This document shows, piece after piece, positions 1 through 8,236 of a stretch of DNA of 38,910 nt; positions within the stretch are counted from its first letter, which is position 1, and each line of letters begins with the position of its first letter. The notes under the pieces were generated by a model that had not been told where the DNA came from, did not search any database, and was given only the letters and a program-made list of their open reading frames with translations. Source of the stretch: Paracoccaceae bacterium (GTDB lineage Bacteria; Pseudomonadota; Alphaproteobacteria; Rhodobacterales; Rhodobacteraceae); contig JANMGI010000129.1 in NCBI GenBank assembly GCA_031374565.1, positions 1-38,910 of the forward strand. Direction: 5' to 3'. The position numbers were made by a program, and so were the translations under genes.

Positions 1-414
1 CTGTTCCAGAATCGGCAGCACATTCACGCGCATTTCGTAGAGCTCGAGTTCGCCATCGGAATCGTGCGTGCCTTTCGTGTATGGCGGGTGATGCCAGAAG
101 GCCACGATCCAGCGCTGGCTCGTCGCCGCGAGATCGCTCTCCAGCCACGTGAGCATCGCGCTCGGAGCGGTGCGGGCCGATTCCATGGAATCCAGGCACA
201 CGAAGTGAATGTTCGCGTGATCGAACGAGTAATAATGCTCGGTGCCCGATGGGAGCCCGCCTCCTTCGCCCGCTGTCGGCAGCGTGAAAATCGAGAAATA
301 GGGCGTGCCCGGAGTGTAGGTTTCGTGATTGCCGAGCGTGGACCACAGGATCGTATTGCGAAGCGTCCTGGGATAGGTGTCGAAAACAGCGTTCTGATAT
401 TCTTCGTCCGCACC
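1..414 (-). pseudogene. Internal fragment of a calcineurin-like metallophosphoesterase (purple acid phosphatase type); not in the ORF track, runs off the window start
   Basis: Manual minus-strand translation is open from about 414 to 1: GADEEYQNAVFDTY...LGNHETY...YYSFDHANIHFVCLDS...WIVAFWHHPPY...EMRVNVLPILEQ. It has the GNHE and HHPPY motifs but lacks the N-terminal GD/GDNAY motifs. Confidence 0.8.
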
Positions 415-618
415 AACACCGTGGACCGCTTCGGCTCCGTCCGGTCGGTCGCGCGGACGAAGGTTGTGGAAGTGGCGTTCGAAGGGCTGAACCGTTCCTC
501 GCGTCACAAGTCTGGCGTTGCGATGCGCTTCCCCCGCATCAACCGCATCCGCGAGGACAAGCCAGCGGCAGAGGCGGATCACCTGTCCACGCTGCAAGCG
601 ATGCTGGACCGGGAATAG
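403..618 (+). pseudogene. C-terminal OB-fold fragment of an ATP-dependent DNA ligase
   Basis: The tail of ORF 64..618 reads FVRTNTVDRFGSVRSV...VEVAFEGLNRSSRHKSGVAMRFPRINRIREDKPAAEAD, a recognisable ligase C-terminus. The upstream part of that ORF is antisense to the phosphatase. Confidence 0.8.
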
Positions 619-623
619 GGCGT

Positions 624-1200
624 CACCTTTGCAAAAGGCGCTTCCCTTCCCTTCATGGGGCCAGTTGCACAACTGGGGCCGTTCGGGTGGGCTTGACGGA
701 AGGGCGCTGTTTTCGCGCCTTTGCCGGGGCATCGAGACGCGCTTCGGGGTATTTCGGGCGGAATCTGGCCGAAAGCATAGTCCAGCGGCGCAGGTTGAAG
801 CCGAAGGCTGTCAGCATGACTTGCTCCCGGCCTTGGTCAGCCAAAAATATCGGATCGCCCGAAGCCCCATCCGGTTCTTCCAGGTGGCGAAGGTCGTCCT
901 GACCGCTGCCCGCAGCCGCCCGATCCGGCGTTTCAGCCGCCGCGCATGGGCCGACAGCGGATGGTGCTTGATCGGACGCCATACCAGCGGGACTTCACTC
1001 CTACATGTGCCTTGAACCCATGGACCGAACCCGGTTTGCCCTGCCTCAGCGCGAAACCTGCATCCGGGTCGCGATCAGCGTCGCATCCAGCATCGTGCCG
1101 CCAGGATCTGTGCGTCCAAGCCTTCGAACAGCAGCTCCACCGCAGCCGCCCGGACCAGCGCATGAGCAAGACTCGACTGATCTGTCTGTTTCCCTGTCGT
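624..1200 (-). mobile_element. Degenerate IS5-family transposase remnant
   Basis: Fragments lie in different frames: LFEGLDAQ, GTMLDATLIA (first DDE Asp), DPDAGF...HGFKAHVGV, TTFATWKNRMGLRAIRY and QVMLTAFGFNLRR. ACCTTTGCAAAA at 625-636 resembles an IS1106-like terminal repeat. Confidence 0.75.
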
Positions 1201-1207
1201 CACAACC

Positions 1208-1313
1208 CTAGAGCCTGTCCGACAAAAGTGGAATCCGGTTTTGCCGAAAGAGAGGCGACCACTATTAAGTGAAAGGCTGGCTGGCGCTTCTATCAGCGTG
1301 AGACAGACTCTAG
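1208..1313. repeat. MITE / RIME-like palindromic element of about 106 bp
   Basis: Terminal inverted repeats CTAGAGCCTGTC (1208-1219) and GACAGACTCTAG (1302-1313) match at 11/12 positions and have CTAG ends. The internal AAAAGTGGAATCCGGTTTTGC is typical of alphaproteobacterial short repeats. Confidence 0.65.
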
Positions 1314-1444
1314 AAGCCCGGACAGACCCAGCGGATCAAGCTCAGGGAGGTATGCTACAGGCCCCCGAGAGACGTGAGAAGGGGAGGAGCTGTCAGATAA
1401 AGTCCTAGCCTTGGGAACCAGCAGGCGACGCTGGCCCCAAGCGT

Positions 1445-1489
1445 CCCCTCTCCCCTCTCCCCTCTGCGGGAGAGGGTCAGGGTGAGGGG
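1445..1489. repeat. REP-like hairpin repeat
   Basis: CCCTCTCCC-ctctgc-GGGAGAGGG-tcagggtgagggg matches the widespread CCCTCACCC..CCCTCTCCC..GGGAGAGGG intergenic repeat. Confidence 0.55.
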
Positions 1490-1583
1490 AAATCCGCCAA
1501 ATGAAATGTTAGCACGGGGTAAACGTCCGCGACCAAGTCATTGAAACAAAATGTTTCTCAGATTCTGTCCACTGTGGACAGCA

Positions 1584-2135
1584 TCACGCTCCCTGGAACG
1601 CTTCGGCCAGCGGACCGGGCAAATCGAACTCCTCCAGCACCCGTGCCCGCCCCGCGGCAGACATCTTCCGGGCCGTCTTCCGTACGATATCCAGCGTCGA
1701 TTCTTCCCCCCGTTCCGCCGCGAACGGGGCGAAATGAAACGTCAGGAAGACAAAGCAGATCACATCCTCCAATGCCTGCACCTCCGGGTCGCGCTTGATC
1801 CCCTCTTTCCGAAGCAGGACCCCGACCCGTTCGCTGTCTTCCTCTGGATAGCCCGCCTCGGCCATGATCCCCGCAACCCGCGCGCCATGCCGGCGCCCCT
1901 GCTCGCGCCGCCATTCCAGATAGCCCGCCTTCCCCTCAGGGTAGTCCGACCGGGGCAGAAGCCAGCGCTCGACATGCTGCCCCCGCGCCGCGACCTGAAG
2001 GACCTCGGACGCGGCCGGAAAAAGCCGCCCCAGCTCCGCTGACATCCGCTGCCCGTAGACCAGCGCCTCACCCTTCGGGTCCGCCGCGTTCGCCGTGTCG
2101 ATCAGGGTGATAGCCCGTGTCAGCCGGTCGGTCAT
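1584..2135 (-). CDS. DUF4202 domain protein
   Basis: Motifs IDTANAADP, YGQRMS, AARGQHVERW..PRSDYPEG.AGYL.WR and LEDVICFVFL. Start reset to the ATG at 2135, preceded by a GGAGG RBS. Confidence 0.85.
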   Translation of the reverse strand: MTDRLTRAITLIDTANAADPKGEALVYGQRMSAELGRLFPAASEVLQVAARGQHVERWLLPRSDYPEGKAGYLEWRREQGRRHGARVAGIMAEAGYPEEDSERVGVLLRKEGIKRDPEVQALEDVICFVFLTFHFAPFAAERGEESTLDIVRKTARKMSAAGRARVLEEFDLPGPLAEAFQGA

Positions 2136-2163
2136 GTCGTCCTCCATCCTGAATGCATCCTGC

Positions 2164-3063
2164 CTACCCCGATCCCCCGGTCCCGCCAAGCTGCTCGACA
2201 AGATGGTCCAGCACAGCGCGGGTCCGCAGGGCAAGGCGGCGCTGACCGATGTAGACTGCGTGGATATCCAGCACCGGCCCGCGCACCCCAGGCAGAAGGG
2301 TGACCAAAGCCCCGGTCCGCAGATCATCGCGGACTGCATAGTCCGGACTGAGCGCGATCCCCTCGCCCTGTACCACGAGGTCCCGCGCCAGCCGGGCGCT
2401 GTTGATCAGGAACCGACCCGTCACCGCGACCCGGTGGAGGATGCCATCTTCGGTCAGAGGCCATCTACCATCGCCCCGCAGGTTGGTGTCGCGGATACAG
2501 ACATGGCCGGTCAGGTCCGCCAGCCGCGCCGGCGTGCCATGCAGGGCAAGGTAGGCAGGGGCGGCCACGAGAAGAAGCCGCATCTCGCCCAGTTTGCGGG
2601 CCACAAGGGCGGAGTCATCCAGCCGCCCGATGCGGATCGCAAGGTCGATCCCGTCGGCCGCAAGGTCGATGAAGCGGTCCGACAGGCGCAGGTCGATGGT
2701 CAGGTCGGGGTGCGCAGCCCGGAAGCCTTGCAAAAGCGGGCCAATCAAAAGCTCGCCATACGTCACGGGGGCCGAGACGCGAAGGGTGCCCGACAGCCCC
2801 TGCCGCCCCTCACGCAATGACCCCGTCATCTCGTCAAGCTGGTCCAGCCAGTCCGGCACCTTCACCATCAGCTGCTCACCTGCCGCAGTCAGCCCCAGCT
2901 TGCGGGTGGTGCGGTGAAGAAGCTGCGTTCCAAGATGCACTTCAAGTTGAGCCATGTATTTCGAGGCCAGCTTCGGCGACAACTGAAGCCGCGCCGCCGC
3001 GCCGGAAAACGACCCGGTCTCGACCGAAGCAACAAAGACGCGCAGACCGTCAACTAGATCCAT
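2164..3063 (-). CDS. LysR-family transcriptional regulator (CrgA-like)
   Basis: N-terminal HTH GSFSGAAARL...LE..LG..LLHRTTRKL followed by a substrate-binding domain; divergent from doxX. Confidence 0.95.
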   Translation of the reverse strand: MDLVDGLRVFVASVETGSFSGAAARLQLSPKLASKYMAQLEVHLGTQLLHRTTRKLGLTAAGEQLMVKVPDWLDQLDEMTGSLREGRQGLSGTLRVSAPVTYGELLIGPLLQGFRAAHPDLTIDLRLSDRFIDLAADGIDLAIRIGRLDDSALVARKLGEMRLLLVAAPAYLALHGTPARLADLTGHVCIRDTNLRGDGRWPLTEDGILHRVAVTGRFLINSARLARDLVVQGEGIALSPDYAVRDDLRTGALVTLLPGVRGPVLDIHAVYIGQRRLALRTRAVLDHLVEQLGGTGGSG

Positions 3064-3177
3064 CGATCAGCCATTCAGAACGTATCGGCGAAAGATTTAC
3101 CACATCACCGCCGTTTAAGACAGTTCCAATCGGGTGCATGTGTCAGTCAGGAAATGCATCCCCCGATGGAGACCATC

Positions 3178-3603
3178 ATGATCGATACGAAAACCGCCCC
3201 CTATGCCATACTTGCCCTGCGGGTGATGACAGGCGCGCTGTTCCTGTTCCATGGCTGTGTGAAGCTGTTTGTCTTCACCCCAGCCGGGACCGCCGGTTAC
3301 TTCGAAAGCATCGGCCTGCCCGGCGCGCTTGGCTATCTGACTATGCTGGTCGAAATTGCGGGCGGCCTTGCGCTGATCCTTGGCATCAAGACCCGCATCG
3401 TGTCGGTAGCGCTGGTTCCGGTGCTTCTGGGTGCGGCCTGGTTCGGTCACTTGGCGTCAGGCTTCAACTGGTCGAACCCGAATGGCGGCTTTGAATACCC
3501 GCTGATGTGGGCCATCGTGCAGGCAGTGCTCGCGGGACTTGGTGAAGGTGCCTTTGCGCTGGTGCCGTGCTCGAAGGACGCCCGCACCGCTGCCCTCGCC
3601 TGA
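3178..3603 (+). CDS. DoxX-family membrane protein
   Basis: LR...G..FLFHG..KLF, E..GG..LILG..TR and GGFEYP motifs; GGAG RBS before the ATG at 3178. Confidence 0.9.
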   Translation: MIDTKTAPYAILALRVMTGALFLFHGCVKLFVFTPAGTAGYFESIGLPGALGYLTMLVEIAGGLALILGIKTRIVSVALVPVLLGAAWFGHLASGFNWSNPNGGFEYPLMWAIVQAVLAGLGEGAFALVPCSKDARTAALA

Positions 3604-3659
3604 AAAGTCAGCTTGCGCCGTCCCATCATGAGTCGGCGCATTTCGACAGGGGACTGACC

Positions 3660-4634
3660 ATGCTTGTGAACGGCAAATGGACGGCGAATTGGCAGCCGGT
3701 GCAGGCCAAGGACGACCAGGGCCGCTTTGTCCGGCAGGTGTCGTCCTTCCGCAACTGGATCACCCCGGACGGTGCGTCAGGTCCGACCGGCACCGGCGGC
3801 TTCAAGGCCAAGGCCGGTCGTTATCGCCTCTACGTCGCGCTGATCTGCCCCTGGGCCTCGCGCACGCTGATCGCCCGCAAGATCAAGGGGCTGGAGGCGC
3901 TGATCCCGATAACTGTGGTCAATCCGGTGCTGACGGACGAAGGCTGGACCTTTGGCGGCTATCCGGGTGCGGACACTGACCCGCTGCACGATGCCACTTA
4001 CATGCATGAGCTTTACACACGCGCGGACGGCGATTTCACCGGGCGGGCCACGGTCCCGGTACTTTGGGATACGCAAACCGAAACCATCGTTAGCAACGAG
4101 AGCGCAGACATAGTGCGAATGTTCGATACGGCCTTTGCTGATCTGGTTCCGGACAAGCCGTCCCTTTATCCCGCCGACCTTGCCCCGCAGATCGATGCCC
4201 GCAACGCCAAGATCTACGACAGCCTGAACAACGGGGTCTACAAGGCCGGGTTCGCCTCGTCGCAAGCCGCTTATGACGAGGCGGTGGCGGGCGTCTTCGG
4301 GATGCTCGACCGGCTGGAAGCGCTGCTGACCGAAAACTACCTCTTCGGTCAGCGCTTCACCGAAACCGACATTCGGCTGTTCGTCACCCTGATCCGCTTC
4401 GATGCGGCCTATCACGGGCTTTTCAAGACCAACCTGCGCCGGATCGCCGACTACCCCCGCCTTCAGGCCTACATGGAGCGGGTGCTGTTTTTGCCTGGCG
4501 TGGCCGAAACGGTGGACATCGGCCACATCAAGGCCGGGTATTATTCCATCAAGGCACTGAACCCACCGGGGATTGTGCCCGCGGGGCCAGAACATCTGCT
4601 GCGGCTGGTCACGGCGGCGAAAGCCGGTCAGTAA
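3660..4634 (+). CDS. yqjG: Glutathionyl-hydroquinone reductase (omega/Xi-class GST)
   Basis: CPWA active site, RATVPVLWD, NESADI, NNGVYKAGF and IRFD..Y...FK.N motifs. Confidence 0.9.
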   Translation: MLVNGKWTANWQPVQAKDDQGRFVRQVSSFRNWITPDGASGPTGTGGFKAKAGRYRLYVALICPWASRTLIARKIKGLEALIPITVVNPVLTDEGWTFGGYPGADTDPLHDATYMHELYTRADGDFTGRATVPVLWDTQTETIVSNESADIVRMFDTAFADLVPDKPSLYPADLAPQIDARNAKIYDSLNNGVYKAGFASSQAAYDEAVAGVFGMLDRLEALLTENYLFGQRFTETDIRLFVTLIRFDAAYHGLFKTNLRRIADYPRLQAYMERVLFLPGVAETVDIGHIKAGYYSIKALNPPGIVPAGPEHLLRLVTAAKAGQ

Positions 4635-7084
4635 AGGTCGACCCGGAAGGGTATTGTCGTCCAGTGGATGCGGGCGATGTCAATCAGACGCTCGACCGGA
4701 TCGGACTCCAGTGACGTATCGCCATGCTGATCGGCGATGTCCTTGTAGGCTAAGGTGCTGCCGTCCCCGAACGCGCCGTCCGGGGTGACATCGGCCCCAA
4801 GGGCCTGCAACAGCCGCTGGGATGCTTCGTCAATGGCCTTGGCCGGTAGCGCATCCAGCACCTTGCGGGCACGTTCGACCGACTTCTTGTCCCTTAGCGC
4901 CGCCGCCCGTCCGGCGCGGTAGGCGGCATCGGCCTCACTCAGACCCCCAGCGCCTTCGGTCAGGATCAGGTAGGCGGCGTAGGCCCCGGCATTGGCGTCG
5001 CCACGCTCCAGCCCCTTGTCGAACCACTCCACCGCTTGGCCTAGATCGGGCTTCTTCCCCATTGCTCCGCTGGCGATCAGCTGGCCAATGTTGCCCGGAG
5101 CGTTCGGATGCCCGCCATCTGCGGCCTTGGTGAACCAGTCCAGCGCGGTTTTCGCATCCTTCTTCTGGCCGCCAAGGCCATTCATGTAGACAAGACCCAG
5201 GTTGTTGTAGCCGTAGATGTCCCCCCGGTCAGCACTTTCGGTCAGGTAGCGCAGGCCACGTGTCGGGTCGTAGTATTCGCCGGTTTCATCCAGGTAGAAA
5301 TAGCCCAGCTCGTTCATCGCGAAGGTATGGCCGACCTCCAGCGCGCGCATCATCAGGTCATAGCCTTTCAACTTGTCCTGCTCGGTCTTGCCATGGCGCA
5401 CCAACTGGCGGCCCAGCGCGTAGAAGGCGTAGGGGTCGCCCAAATCGACACCCTCACGGTAATAGGCCAGCGCTTCGTCGGGGGCGGCCTCGGATGTGGA
5501 ACCGCCGGTCTGCTGCGCCGCGTTCAGGATGGCGTTGCCGATGGCATAAGACGCGCGGGCATGACCCATCTCGCGCGCTTTGTCCCATTCGGCCCGGGCT
5601 TCGTCATAGCGGCGCAGGGCGTTCAGGGACCGGCCCAGCTGATAGTGGAAACGCGCGTTCTGAGGGTCCCGCGAAACGGCGGCCTCGCAGGCCTGCACTG
5701 CCGCCTCGGGCTCGATTTCGTTGGCGAAACGGGCCAGACCCACGCCGTCAGGATCAAGGTGATCCGCTGCCTCGACATCGCAGGGATCGGGGGTCAGGTC
5801 GACCTGAACGACCTTCGAGGTGCCGTTCAGCTCGACCTTGAACTGGGCTTTCAGCACCGGGTCTTCACCCGCCTCGACAACCGGGCCATTGACATAGGCG
5901 AAGGCAAGGCGCGGCAGATCGTTGGCGGAAAGCGGGAACAAAGGGGCCGACTGCCCGCCCTGGTCATCCAGCAGCACAAGTCGTCCGCCACGCGGCGGTT
6001 CAGTCAGAGCGAGAGTGTCGGTCGGGGCCATGACCAGATCGCTTGCCAGGGTCACACCGATCGGGACAGCAGGTGCAAGCGGTGCGGCGATGCGGATATC
6101 GGCGGGCGCAAGATCGGTTGCCAGCGGCAGAACCTCGGCTGAGCTGGCGAAAAGGGTCAGGCCCCGGCCGACCGACGCGCCCTCAACCGGCGCGGCAACG
6201 GTCGCATCGCTGCTATTGCCGACAGAGGCGATCGAGGCATCCTCGACCATGGTGGAACTGTCCCAGGGCACCTGAACGCCCTTGGTCTCGACAAAAACGC
6301 TGCGGCGGACATCTTCAAAAACGTCGGTTACCGGGACCTTGCCCAGCGCTGCAGCTTGCAGGAAAGCGGTTGCGAAGGGGCTGTTTTCGCCTGCGCCGTC
6401 CAGTGCGACCTCTCCGGGCGAGGTAGAGAACACCAGGTAGGAATTCACCGGAGCCGCCAGCGAGGCGAAGCCGGTCTTGATCTCGCGCAGGTCGGGGCCA
6501 AGCGAATCCTGCACTTTCAGCCCGGCGAAGGGGTTGTTGCGACAGCTGTCGAGGATGACGATCTGCAACCGCGCCCGCGCGCCGACGATGGACACAAGGC
6601 TGCCGACCGACACCGCTTCGAACGGCAGATCGTCGGGCTGGTCCAGCTGGGCATCGGTCGGGATCAGAAAATTCTCGGACCCGATCTGCACGCCATGGCC
6701 AGCGTAATAGAAGAGCACTTCGGTATTGCGATCAACGTCGAACAGGATTCGCTGCATCAGCCTTTCGAAATCACGCTTCGATGCGTCCTTAAGCAGGGTG
6801 ACGTCATAGCCCTGAGTTGCCAGAAGGTCGGCCACATCCTCGGCATCGTTCCAGGCGTTCGGCAGCTTCGGGGCGTAAAGATAGCTTTCGTTGCCGATCA
6901 CCACGGCATACTTCTGACGTGGACCCGTGGCACCATCGGCCATCTTCCGGGCGCTGGCCGGGACATGGCCTTCGGGATAGGCCCCAACGGCCTCGCCAGT
7001 GTCCTGCGCCGCAGCCACCGAAAACGTCGCCATCAGGGCAAGACCTGCAAGCCCAAACGCTGCGCGTTTGGCAGGACCGGACAT
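4628..7084 (-). CDS. Exported caspase-family (peptidase C14) protease with TPR/Sel1-like repeats and a possible C-terminal peptidoglycan-binding segment
   Basis: Signal peptide ending AAA-QD; AVVIGN..Y, NDA, YYAGHG (His) and ILDSCRNNP (Cys) motifs; Sel1-like repeats in the C-terminal half; a DGAFG motif near the end. Confidence 0.9.
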   Translation of the reverse strand: MSGPAKRAAFGLAGLALMATFSVAAAQDTGEAVGAYPEGHVPASARKMADGATGPRQKYAVVIGNESYLYAPKLPNAWNDAEDVADLLATQGYDVTLLKDASKRDFERLMQRILFDVDRNTEVLFYYAGHGVQIGSENFLIPTDAQLDQPDDLPFEAVSVGSLVSIVGARARLQIVILDSCRNNPFAGLKVQDSLGPDLREIKTGFASLAAPVNSYLVFSTSPGEVALDGAGENSPFATAFLQAAALGKVPVTDVFEDVRRSVFVETKGVQVPWDSSTMVEDASIASVGNSSDATVAAPVEGASVGRGLTLFASSAEVLPLATDLAPADIRIAAPLAPAVPIGVTLASDLVMAPTDTLALTEPPRGGRLVLLDDQGGQSAPLFPLSANDLPRLAFAYVNGPVVEAGEDPVLKAQFKVELNGTSKVVQVDLTPDPCDVEAADHLDPDGVGLARFANEIEPEAAVQACEAAVSRDPQNARFHYQLGRSLNALRRYDEARAEWDKAREMGHARASYAIGNAILNAAQQTGGSTSEAAPDEALAYYREGVDLGDPYAFYALGRQLVRHGKTEQDKLKGYDLMMRALEVGHTFAMNELGYFYLDETGEYYDPTRGLRYLTESADRGDIYGYNNLGLVYMNGLGGQKKDAKTALDWFTKAADGGHPNAPGNIGQLIASGAMGKKPDLGQAVEWFDKGLERGDANAGAYAAYLILTEGAGGLSEADAAYRAGRAAALRDKKSVERARKVLDALPAKAIDEASQRLLQALGADVTPDGAFGDGSTLAYKDIADQHGDTSLESDPVERLIDIARIHWTTIPFRVDLY

Positions 7085-7308
7085 CAGTTCCAGCCGCCGC
7101 CGCCAGAGCCGCCGTCGTCAAAGACGATGACCGGCTTCTTCTTCACCACAGGAGCCGCCGCACCCGGAGCGACGGCCACCGGCTTCTTGACTGGCTTGGC
7201 CACGACCACTGGTTTTGGTTCCGGTTCCGGCGGAACAAGCTCTTCGCAGCCCGCAAGAAAACCCAGAGCAGCGACAAGAAACAATGAGCGAGACAGGTTT
7301 CTGCGCAT
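7084..7308 (-). CDS. Small lipoprotein
   Basis: Basic N-terminus, hydrophobic stretch and LAGC lipobox, then a P/K/V-rich linker and a DDGGSGGGGWN tail. Its stop overlaps the caspase ATG. Confidence 0.75.
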   Translation of the reverse strand: MRRNLSRSLFLVAALGFLAGCEELVPPEPEPKPVVVAKPVKKPVAVAPGAAAPVVKKKPVIVFDDGGSGGGGWN

Positions 7309-7476
7309 CAAGAGACCCTTTTGCTGAAGCGATGGTCAACCGCAGACTATCATGAAAATCACGCAACGAATTCAGAATATGGTGGCACGATTCGGGCTGC
7401 GCCGCAACAAAAGCAAGAGGTATGGCCGCACGCGATGCCCCAGGAATCCCTTACCCAAGCTGTAGGGCAGGACGGG

Positions 7477-8139
7477 TCAGCTTAGCGCCTGGAACTCGAC
7501 CCGGCGGTTCTGGTCGGAATCGGGATCTGCGCCTTCCAGCAGGAAGCGCTCGCCCAGACCCACAGCCTCCAGCCGCTTGGCGTCGATGCCGCAGTCGGTG
7601 ATGAAGAATCGTTGCACCTCTTCGGCCCGCAGACGGGACAGCCGTTCGTTGTAGTCGTCGGACCCGGACGCGTCAGTGTGCCCGATGATGCGGAACAGGT
7701 TGATGTCCGCAGCTTTCATCACATTGCACAGCTTTGCCAGCTTGGGCTTCTGCACCTCGTCCAGCGCGGCACTGTCGAAGGCAAACTCGATCCGGATATT
7801 GACCCCCAGATCAGCTGGCATCTTCACAAGCGTTGCCGTCTCATTCGCGGCCACGACCGTTTCCGTCGCTGCCGCGGTGTCTGCAACCGGCTCGACAGCA
7901 GAAACGTCGGTCGACGGTGCGGCATCATCCTTGGCCACTTCGGTGGAAATATCCACGTCATCCGCCTTGACCAGCGTCAGGCCCCGCGTCAAGGCAGTGT
8001 TGCCTTCGACTGCGGCCTTGTAGGCATCCCGCTGGGCCAGGAAAAGCTCAAGCAACTGATCTTCGGACAGGTCCTGTGCAAAGCTGCCGACGGGGACAAG
8101 CGTGGCACAGATCGCAAGGCTTGCAAGAATCGCGCGCAT
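7477..8139 (-). CDS. Periplasmic OmpA-family peptidoglycan-binding protein
   Basis: Signal peptide (SFA-QD), acidic linker, then F.FDSA.L, GHTDASG..YN..LS..RA and NRRVEF motifs. Confidence 0.92.
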   Translation of the reverse strand: MRAILASLAICATLVPVGSFAQDLSEDQLLELFLAQRDAYKAAVEGNTALTRGLTLVKADDVDISTEVAKDDAAPSTDVSAVEPVADTAAATETVVAANETATLVKMPADLGVNIRIEFAFDSAALDEVQKPKLAKLCNVMKAADINLFRIIGHTDASGSDDYNERLSRLRAEEVQRFFITDCGIDAKRLEAVGLGERFLLEGADPDSDQNRRVEFQALS

Positions 8140-8182
8140 AATCGGACCACCTTCCAGAAAAAACGGATTTATGACTGTGCGA

Positions 8183-8211
8183 AGTCTAGGCTATGATGCA
8201 CGGGCATTCAA
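8183..8211 (-). promoter_or_regulatory. Putative sigma70 promoter of the ompA-lipoprotein-caspase operon
   Basis: TTGAAT-N17-TAGACT on the minus strand, about 45 nt upstream of the ompA ATG. Confidence 0.5.
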
Positions 8212-8236
8212 TTCACACCTTTGGGCGGGCTGCGCC

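Noticed and set aside
24-618. ORFs 24..419(-) and 64..618(+) as full genes
   Set aside because: The first is the wrong frame of the phosphatase fragment. The second is antisense sequence fused to the ligase tail.
4628-7084. Caspase as a T6SS toxin or an anti-phage effector
   Set aside because: It has a Sec signal peptide, and no immunity gene, gasdermin-like gene or sensor gene is adjacent.
7084-7105. GGGGWN shared by the lipoprotein tail and VgrG (SPGGGGWNE)
   Set aside because: It is low complexity, and the VgrG segment is a normal conserved loop, so this is probably chance.
7383-7398. TGGCACGATTCGGGCT sigma54-like site
   Set aside because: It has a poor -12 element and points antisense into ompA, with no plus-strand gene downstream.
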